This document shows positions 41,501 through 47,174 of a DNA stretch of 64,000 nt, piece by piece (within the stretch, counting starts at the first letter, position 1; every line of letters begins with the position of its first letter). Below the pieces are notes generated by a model, which saw only the letters and a list, made by a program, of their open reading frames with translations, did no database searches and had not been told where the DNA came from. The stretch is taken from positions 124,001 through 188,000 of IMG/VR virus record IMGVR_UViG_3300024262_006558; one strand, written 5' to 3'. The translations under genes were made by a program, and so were the position numbers.

Positions 41501-41997
41501 GAGATGGTATTCCAGCAAAAATAATTAAGAAGCGCTTACCAATTGTCAACAGTAAAATAAAAAGTATAATCAGAGATTTAGTCCAATTTAATATTGAGTT
41601 AGAAATGTTGCCTAATGGTAATATACATGAGTTTTATTACTACAACCACGATCAAAGTGACAAGTTACCACTTACCACAGCATCTGGTTCACAAAAGTTT
41701 ATGGCTAATCTAGCAATTAAAGATGCAATGCATTTCGCCACGTATCTCCCAAAGCCCTCAATGTGTATTGTGGATGAAGGGTTTGATGTTTTAGCTCCAC
41801 AATTGAAGATGAAAATGAATGATATATTTCAATACTGGAAGAACAAATATAAAAACGTTTTCATTGTAACACATGATGGTTTAATTAAAGACTTTGTGGA
41901 AAATGTAATTACAGTTTACAGGACTCAAGACGATATACCTGAATCGTATAAAGACAAATACGCAGAAGCGTGGACCACTGGAATAAATATTACATAA
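38539..41997 (+). CDS. Fused SbcD-SbcC (Mre11-Rad50 / gp47-gp46) recombination nuclease-ATPase
   Basis: N-terminal HLADIQ, AGDI, PGNHD, GDIH and YAGS; then Walker A GENYCGKT, coiled coil with CPTC zinc hook, signature ASGSQ, Walker B IVDEGF and IVTH. Confidence 0.93.
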   Translation: MSKIAHLADIQIRLGSRHQEYRQVFERTYEDLKMQKPKRIYLAGDINHNKADMSPNGIDLLAEFFRELSKIAPVDVIPGNHDVNLAQIAQGDSLQSIIQLMDNGKVVTNNNKKDFEGSFYEKENGKYQVYYYPESGLYNIDEEIVYGHFSCLDNELITIKRKDPNKKYIAFYHGAVHGSMNDNGYQNNDPSLYSVSVFNDFDMVMMGDIHEHQAFRDDFSMAYAGSLIQQGYGEGIEKGYLIWDLDTNQFRNQYILNDFGWAKVTISQGESWEDRLEFVKFSNNKKKTKIYVEWEDFEENISVEKSNQIMKYIKSTYGCEVVNVIPKTIYKNTQLQLDSDKSKELMKRQDIDIFKDYLIENKSTFDYTDDLFDELLKLFKEVDTTLEIKDREFREILWDVKELQVSNLFSYPSTPKTFNFDDLAGITGIFGENYCGKTNMIKCLVWVLFQQILDGGDTKKLVNIYTESDRGWAQAIVTIDGSLYKIYREVTNRVIAKGKKEGEIDTKYKTKFEIWNEDKEEWEDEVNDKKTNEQKAVKELIENSLGEYKDFTKTSLQSQSGQENYINADQQQRNTLIRKFMDLESYDDRYNFINDSKMKAILKKRKELGDLEELHDKIKEIDDAVAEENKKLTQLNSEKSKANDSLEEINSKILDLTGKLEKVQPTIENSVGTINEKLTKERTLFKQNGAEYKELDAWLSENLKREMSENISESASDLSQSIANINVKFKTGKEEYQGINAWLKEFSKITPEDPKPIQALLEDGRAKEKELRDLIATYLGKECPTCGTVSKKPQPDKEKGCVEKISIIIDERSVLENKLSTIDSLIKRNATFDQKSLRLSELKNSLLEMKTLKEECVRKLEVLEKSRDILEHNSMVDEKNKRRSVLKQLLESSKNQIEEWKKMIVTVQDNQVHIEKNAKIQSEISKLKEIYIDSKELHDSLGRQISLTLGDITFQEKNSKQFEDKLKEIKNCDLDFKKYSIFLQAVHRDGIPAKIIKKRLPIVNSKIKSIIRDLVQFNIELEMLPNGNIHEFYYYNHDQSDKLPLTTASGSQKFMANLAIKDAMHFATYLPKPSMCIVDEGFDVLAPQLKMKMNDIFQYWKNKYKNVFIVTHDGLIKDFVENVITVYRTQDDIPESYKDKYAEAWTTGINIT

Positions 41998-41998
41998 C

Positions 41999-42184
41999 AT
42001 GGATAATGAAGAAAAAAAAATGGACCCTCAATTAAAGTTAGCAATCAAGCTATTTTTAATAAGAGAGGTTCCAGAAAATTACAGCGGACATGCTCAAGAT
42101 CTCGCCGATGAATTAGAGGAAAATTTACTAGGTATGGGTTTCGACCTAGAAACTGTCATTCAATATAAAACAAAAAACAAATGA
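41999..42184 (+). CDS. Small hypothetical protein
   Basis: 61 aa filling the operon gap, ATGA overlap with the next gene. Confidence 0.6.
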   Translation: MDNEEKKMDPQLKLAIKLFLIREVPENYSGHAQDLADELEENLLGMGFDLETVIQYKTKNK

Positions 42185-43050
42185 GTTTAACAACAGAGCA
42201 AAAAACAAAGTTAAATAAGATAGCTCAAGAAATAAGAGATGCAGTATCAAAGAAGCAGGAAACCGCTTCTTTGAGCTTCGTAGAAGACACTCACACGTAT
42301 TACATCAAAAACCTACAAGGTGAAGTTGTAACTTCATATCCGTCAGTATCCACTGTGCTACATAGATTCTACACCCCTTTTATCGCGGAGAACACAAAGT
42401 CTTTCAAAGACTGCGGTGGAGATCCAGCAAAAGAGAAAGAATTACTAGACGGATGGGCGGCTACAGGGACTTACGCGTCTCACCAGGGTAGTAGAGTTCA
42501 TTATTTACTAGAGAAGCATCTAATAGACATGTATGGAGCTTACAAAGAAGTGAGACAGCCTATATTCGAATGTGATGATGAACAGATTAAAAACGGTGAT
42601 AAAATGATTACCGCAGGGAAAGAGTATATCGATCTCATGCACGAGAGAGGGGCTATACTTCTAGATACGGAGATGGTTTTAGGTAGTGCAGAGTTAGGCT
42701 ATACAGGCCAGCCCGATAAAGTGTGGGTAATGTTTGATAAAGATGGGAATCCTGGGATAGTAATTACTGATTGGAAATCAAACAAGCCAAAAAATATGAA
42801 ACCAAACAGGTGGACAAAGCCTATGTTACACCCATTTCATTATCTAGATGATACAGCCCTTGGCCACTACAATGTCCAACTTCCTCTTTATGGAAAATTG
42901 CTATTGAAAATGTTGGAAGACAGTAAATTTAAAGACATTAAAATATTAGGGTGTATTGTAGTTCACGTGACAGATAAAGGGGAGTTTAATGAATTTAGAG
43001 TTTCTAAAAAAACAATTGACACCACGCTAGCTTTAGATATTAATAAATAA
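42181..43050 (+). CDS. PD-(D/E)XK (RecB/Cas4-like) exonuclease
   Basis: PSVST, GSRVH, E..L..GQPDKV, ITDWKS and YNVQLPLY. Confidence 0.85.
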   Translation: MSLTTEQKTKLNKIAQEIRDAVSKKQETASLSFVEDTHTYYIKNLQGEVVTSYPSVSTVLHRFYTPFIAENTKSFKDCGGDPAKEKELLDGWAATGTYASHQGSRVHYLLEKHLIDMYGAYKEVRQPIFECDDEQIKNGDKMITAGKEYIDLMHERGAILLDTEMVLGSAELGYTGQPDKVWVMFDKDGNPGIVITDWKSNKPKNMKPNRWTKPMLHPFHYLDDTALGHYNVQLPLYGKLLLKMLEDSKFKDIKILGCIVVHVTDKGEFNEFRVSKKTIDTTLALDINK

Positions 43051-43325
43051 TGAAAGGACCAAAAGAAATAAGTAAGCAGGAAATTACCGAAGGGTTTAAA
43101 GAGTTTTTAACTGTAGGAAAACTTAAAGATTTTTTAGCAAAGCACGACCTGCCAGATGATGCTAAAGTTTTAGTAGAGAGATTGGAAGATCGCTATTTTG
43201 AAAATAACAACTGGCCAGTATATATTAAGCCAGGGGAGATGGGTTTAAATCAATATCACCCCGTATGGAGCGGGGTGCATTACAAGGATGATAAAGATAT
43301 TCTATTTTTAGATGTTCACTATTAG
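43050..43325 (+). CDS. Hypothetical protein
   Basis: LTVGKLKDFLAKHDLPDDAKV motif common in small phage proteins. Confidence 0.6.
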   Translation: MKGPKEISKQEITEGFKEFLTVGKLKDFLAKHDLPDDAKVLVERLEDRYFENNNWPVYIKPGEMGLNQYHPVWSGVHYKDDKDILFLDVHY

Positions 43326-43374
43326 CAACAAATTTTAGATTTGTACGTTATTACTAAAAATAAGTATATAAACT

Positions 43375-43692
43375 ATGAAAAAAATATTAACATTAATTAC
43401 GGTTTCCATAATGTCATTCTCATGCTCTTGCGGATGCTTTTCTGGTGAAGCAGAGCCTCAGAAGAAAGTATATGTAAAGGTTAAGACCGTTGATGGTCAG
43501 TGGTCTAAAGCTCCATTGATTTGGACTATTCCACAGGAAACCACGCTGTTTATAGATCAAGACAAAGGGAGTTATTGGCTAGCTTATAGACGTAAAGGGT
43601 TTAGTCATGGGTCTAGATTGAGAAATGCGGTTATTGATTTTAAAATTACAAAAACAATAAAAGACATTCAAGATGAAAAATTAATCAAATAA
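43375..43692 (+). CDS. Putative lipoprotein/secreted protein
   Basis: MKK + hydrophobic stretch + FSC lipobox-like site. Confidence 0.55.
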   Translation: MKKILTLITVSIMSFSCSCGCFSGEAEPQKKVYVKVKTVDGQWSKAPLIWTIPQETTLFIDQDKGSYWLAYRRKGFSHGSRLRNAVIDFKITKTIKDIQDEKLIK

Positions 43693-43694
43693 TT

Positions 43695-44024
43695 ATGCAA
43701 AAGGAATTTATTTTATGTGCTGCAATAGATTATGACGGTACCATTGTCTGCGGACACAGACATGGTGACTGCTATGATGTACTAAAATCATTGATAGGAG
43801 AGATTGATGCAGATAAACTTCCAGCTAGAGACAAGCAAGGATTCTTAACTTCTGAAAACAGATACGTTGGACGAGAGGAAGCTTGGGTTATAGCAAAAGA
43901 GAGAAAGCAGGTCGTTCATGGCCTTAAGGCAAGCGATCGAGATAATGATGAATTAGATGAATTAGACAAGCATTTAGGCATAAAGAAGCCTGTGTCTATT
44001 CTTATATCAGAAAATTTATATTAA
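43695..44024 (+). CDS. Conserved phage hypothetical protein
   Basis: ILCAAI..GHRHGDC..QGFLTSENRYVGREEA..LISENLY motif set. Confidence 0.65.
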   Translation: MQKEFILCAAIDYDGTIVCGHRHGDCYDVLKSLIGEIDADKLPARDKQGFLTSENRYVGREEAWVIAKERKQVVHGLKASDRDNDELDELDKHLGIKKPVSILISENLY

Positions 44025-44034
44025 ACCAAAAATT

Positions 44035-44139
44035 ATGAAAAAGCTTGATAGACGTACTAGTATTATGTTAAATACAATTATGTCACTAGTCGCCCTTGCT
44101 ATACTTGCTTTCATTTTCTACTGCGTCGACAAATTATAA
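44035..44139 (+). CDS. 34-aa single-TM peptide (not in ORF track)
   Basis: MKKLDRRTSIMLNTIMSLVALAILAFIFYCVDKL exactly fills the intergenic gap. Confidence 0.5.
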   Translation: MKKLDRRTSIMLNTIMSLVALAILAFIFYCVDKL

Positions 44140-44148
44140 TTTATAAAA

Positions 44149-44538
44149 ATGAGCATATCAACTAAGGCAAACATAATTGAAGTAAGTGATTGGGATAAGT
44201 TAGTATCCGAAACTTATGGTAGACCATATAGATTTCAACAACAAGACGGTTGTAAAGGTAGAGGAACATTTAGCATAGAAATACCCTCAGATTACACCGA
44301 GGAAGAAGATATGCATCATTCTATACCTGAAATTGTTAATGGGGAAGTTATGGGAGTTAAATTCCCTACCTGGTTAAAGCGTGACCCTAAGCAATTATTA
44401 TCTGAAGATGATAGCGAAAGTTCTTTAGAAATATTCTGGGAAAGAAATTTTTATCCTGATATTCATACTGTTGCAAATGATTTGCATAAAAAAGGATTAA
44501 TAGAATCTGATACTTATATTATTAATATTGATTGGTAA
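44149..44538 (+). CDS. Hypothetical protein
   Basis: 129-aa ORF (YGRPYRFQQQDGC, FWERNFYP). Confidence 0.6.
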   Translation: MSISTKANIIEVSDWDKLVSETYGRPYRFQQQDGCKGRGTFSIEIPSDYTEEEDMHHSIPEIVNGEVMGVKFPTWLKRDPKQLLSEDDSESSLEIFWERNFYPDIHTVANDLHKKGLIESDTYIINIDW

Positions 44539-44540
44539 AT

Positions 44541-44993
44541 CTACTCAATAATACAACATGTAGGTTTAATAGTAAGAGTGATATAGCGCACGTCACTACT
44601 TGAATAATCTAATTCGCCAAAATTAACCTTAACACTCTCAACTACAATCACAAAGGTTTCAATAACTACCCCAGTCGGATCAAGGCTTGACATTCTAATA
44701 GTAAACATTTCTAACTCACCATTCAATTTCCTATCTTTACAGTAATCAATTAAATTAATCATAGATGAGCTTGTTGATATTCCATGCCCATATAAATCAA
44801 TAATATCTATGCTCATCTCTTCCCAAGACATATTTTGCAAATTGTAGTGAGGTAAATCAGCTCTCTGAACAGCAAACTCTGGAATATTAAAATGTTCATC
44901 AAATCTTAATGAGAATCTATTCCTTCTCATTGGCTCTTCTATAGGAGTAGCGATCAATTTTTTATTATATGCGTGATAAAACTTTTTCCTCAT
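44541..44993 (-). CDS. MRKKFYHAY-leader tail-tube-like protein (gp19-like, internally shortened)
   Basis: EPMRRNRF, W, LDPTGVVIETF and VNFGELDYSSSDVRYITLTI match T4-gp19-type tube proteins. Confidence 0.75.
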   Translation of the reverse strand: MRKKFYHAYNKKLIATPIEEPMRRNRFSLRFDEHFNIPEFAVQRADLPHYNLQNMSWEEMSIDIIDLYGHGISTSSSMINLIDYCKDRKLNGELEMFTIRMSSLDPTGVVIETFVIVVESVKVNFGELDYSSSDVRYITLTIKPTCCIIE

Positions 44994-45007
44994 AATTCAA
45001 ACTTTTA

Positions 45008-45868
45008 CTAAAACCAGCCCCATCTTCTTCTTGATCTATTCTTTGTGCGTCTCCATTGCTGAGTTTCTGCAACAGGCTCATCTTCGGGAACTTCTTCAGG
45101 TTCAGAAATCATCTCAGGCTCTTCTTGAACATCTGGCTGCACAGGCTCGACAGGCTCTACAGGCTCTGGATTAATCATATTGACAGGCTCTTGTGGAGTT
45201 GTTTTAGGCGCCTCTGGTGATACTTCTGGATTATCTGGAGTAACATTACTCGCTGGCTCTCCAGGGTTCTCATCTGTTACTGTAGGGGTTTTCTTAGGTA
45301 CTCTTGTAGGTTCTTGACTAAACTGATTCTGATCTTCTCTAGACTCTTCTTCATCTGGAGTAGGAATAGGTTTGTCAGTTAAGTTTGATTGGTAATTTTT
45401 AGCAATGTTTGGTTTGTATGTAGCTTCTACACTTTTGATATCTTTATCATTAGGGTTGTATCCCGTAATGTTATCGCTAAAGAATCTGTCAGTAAACCAC
45501 ATTCCTTTAATTCTATCTGCTCTAAACATTCTCCAGTCGTTTTCAGCTTCAGCGCTTCTAACTCCTGTTTTTTTGGCTGCTTTTTCAGATTGTCCAATAA
45601 CATGTAACCCTCTAACGACTTTATTACCTTTAGAGTTAGTTCCCATAACCACTGGCCTTACAACACGATACTTCTGTACGGGCATTTCTTCGCCTTTATA
45701 AAGAATTCCTATTTCCCTACCTTGCTCAATTGCCTGCTTCATCATATCAGCGCTAAAAGCCACTCTCTCACCACTCTTTGCAAGTAGCTTAGTTTTAGTG
45801 GCCATATCAGCTTCACTGATGATTCCAGCTAGTAATTGTGATCTTTTCTTAAAGGACTCTGATAGCAT
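45008..45868 (-). CDS. WYL-domain-like protein with Pro/Glu-rich tail
   Basis: AIEQGREIGILY...RVVRPVVMG...WRMFRADRI; PVE/PE-rich low-complexity C-terminus. Confidence 0.6.
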   Translation of the reverse strand: MLSESFKKRSQLLAGIISEADMATKTKLLAKSGERVAFSADMMKQAIEQGREIGILYKGEEMPVQKYRVVRPVVMGTNSKGNKVVRGLHVIGQSEKAAKKTGVRSAEAENDWRMFRADRIKGMWFTDRFFSDNITGYNPNDKDIKSVEATYKPNIAKNYQSNLTDKPIPTPDEEESREDQNQFSQEPTRVPKKTPTVTDENPGEPASNVTPDNPEVSPEAPKTTPQEPVNMINPEPVEPVEPVQPDVQEEPEMISEPEEVPEDEPVAETQQWRRTKNRSRRRWGWF

Positions 45869-45872
45869 GTAA

Positions 45873-45879
45873 ATAAATA
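45873..45879 (-). promoter_or_regulatory. Putative late promoter TATTTAT, 4 nt before ATG
   Basis: Minus strand reads TATTTAT-TTAC-ATG. Confidence 0.5.
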
Positions 45880-45923
45880 GTGCGAAACTTTAATATGTCA
45901 AACTTTATCACTACATTTTATTT

Positions 45924-46118
45924 ATGAGAAAGAAGTTTTACCACGCATTTAAAAAACATAAAATAATATTTATGTCACCTGGAATATACACCAGGGAAAT
46001 AGATAGGTCTTTTGTGATGGTGTCAGGAGCAACTAATTCAAATTTTATAGCAGGTATTGATCCAGCCGTTAAGTCTCCAAGAATTGATATGCTAAAGGTT
46101 TTTGGATCAGCATCATGA
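45924..46118 (+). CDS. MRKKFYHAF-leader peptide carrying a tail-sheath N-terminal motif
   Basis: IFMSPGIYTREIDRSFV equals the SPGVYxREID N-terminal arm of gp18-type sheath proteins. Confidence 0.7.
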   Translation: MRKKFYHAFKKHKIIFMSPGIYTREIDRSFVMVSGATNSNFIAGIDPAVKSPRIDMLKVFGSAS

Positions 46119-46267
46119 GAAAACGGTTCTATCACGCATATAAAAAGAAAAGTATGGCTCAAAAGTTTTTAGAGCTTAGTAATATTATTCATGAGAGAGC
46201 TGTGAGAGGTTCAGCGAACTTTATAATAACTAGCACGGCTATGGCAAATAAAATAAAAAAAATATGA
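46115..46267 (+). CDS. MRKRFYHAY-leader peptide (50 aa, not in ORF track) carrying a major-capsid-like segment
   Basis: MRKRFYHAYKKKSMAQKFLELSNIIHERAVRGSANFIITSTAMANKIKKI; ATGA overlaps at both ends; cf. gp23-type I...T.RG.gNFII.S. Confidence 0.7.
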   Translation: MRKRFYHAYKKKSMAQKFLELSNIIHERAVRGSANFIITSTAMANKIKKI

Positions 46268-46515
46268 GAAAAAACTTCTACCATTCTTATAACGAATTCA
46301 AATACCCTACTGTAGAATTAGGAGAAACTGTTTTTTCGATAATAGATAACTGCGATTATACCATGACCTACACCATGGATACATGGAGTGATTCATGCTC
46401 AGGTCTAGATAGTGACATATCCAGCATTGAGTACAGGCTTAAGACAGCTGAAGAAACTATCGATAGATTACTTGTCGAGATGAAAGAGATGAAAGATCAA
46501 ATGCAAAAACCATAA
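46264..46515 (+). CDS. MRKNFYHSY-leader protein with C-terminal coiled coil
   Basis: 83 aa, ATGA-coupled to the previous family member. Confidence 0.7.
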   Translation: MRKNFYHSYNEFKYPTVELGETVFSIIDNCDYTMTYTMDTWSDSCSGLDSDISSIEYRLKTAEETIDRLLVEMKEMKDQMQKP

Positions 46516-46569
46516 AAGAGTTTAATTTCAATTATAATCTTATTAGATTTTACATAAATGATAGAAACT

Positions 46570-46773
46570 ATGGCGGAGAATGAGAACAAGAACATTCTAG
46601 ATCTTTTGCTCGATATTAAAGAACTAACGGATACAATTCAACCAGATGCAGAAAAAACCCTCAAAGGTAATAAAACGGCTGGCATTAGATTGAGAAAGCA
46701 GATGCAAGAAATAAAAAGACTTTGTCAAGATGTGAGAGACAAAGTTCAAGTTAGTAAAAATGTTACAGCTTAA
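46570..46773 (+). CDS. Hc1-like histone H1 family protein
   Basis: DAEKTLKGNKTAGIRLRKQMQEIK...R matches the GNKAAG.R.RK core of Hc1/Bacteroidota histone-H1-like proteins. Confidence 0.8.
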   Translation: MAENENKNILDLLLDIKELTDTIQPDAEKTLKGNKTAGIRLRKQMQEIKRLCQDVRDKVQVSKNVTA

Positions 46774-47108
46774 TTTATAGACACAATTGGATCGCTATTA
46801 TAGTTTAAAGCTGGCCTAACAACTGTAAACCCTATTTTCTCACCAATCTCTAGAGTTGAGTTTGGATCATTTAGTTTTAAATAGTCTCCGACTTTAAGCT
46901 TTTGACTATTCCCGTTGTTTACCACTTTATATAAATCAGCACTCTCTTTTTTGAGAATTAATTGTATATCTCTGAATTTGATGACAACATTGTCTCCAAT
47001 GTTATAATCCCTTAAGCTTTTAGCTCTAAGATCAGACGCTTCATCTAGCTCATTTAATAAGCGATCGATCTCTTTTATTCTAGCCTCTAAAAGTCCCTTT
47101 CTATTCAT
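46770..47108 (-). CDS. Hypothetical late protein
   Basis: 112 aa; helical LLE/LNE N-terminus; TATTTAT upstream. Confidence 0.55.
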   Translation of the reverse strand: MNRKGLLEARIKEIDRLLNELDEASDLRAKSLRDYNIGDNVVIKFRDIQLILKKESADLYKVVNNGNSQKLKVGDYLKLNDPNSTLEIGEKIGFTVVRPALNYNSDPIVSIN

Positions 47109-47123
47109 GATAAATTCTTTTAA

Positions 47124-47130
47124 ATAAATA
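47124..47130 (-). promoter_or_regulatory. Putative late promoter TATTTAT
   Basis: 15 nt from start 47108. Confidence 0.5.
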
Positions 47131-47174
47131 CTAATCTTTTTTGATTATTCACCCCGCAGTGTTTAGATTAACTT

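Noticed and set aside
42181-43050. Cas4 as part of a CRISPR-Cas locus
   Set aside because: There is no Fe-S cysteine cluster and no other cas genes or array; it is an ordinary phage PD-(D/E)XK nuclease.
45924-46515. Reading the tagged trio as one frameshifted sheath or capsid pseudogene, or as a DNA tandem repeat/DGR
   Set aside because: Each ORF restarts with its own tag through clean ATGA coupling, the cargoes come from different proteins, DNA identity is limited to the tag with synonymous changes, and no reverse transcriptase is present in the window.
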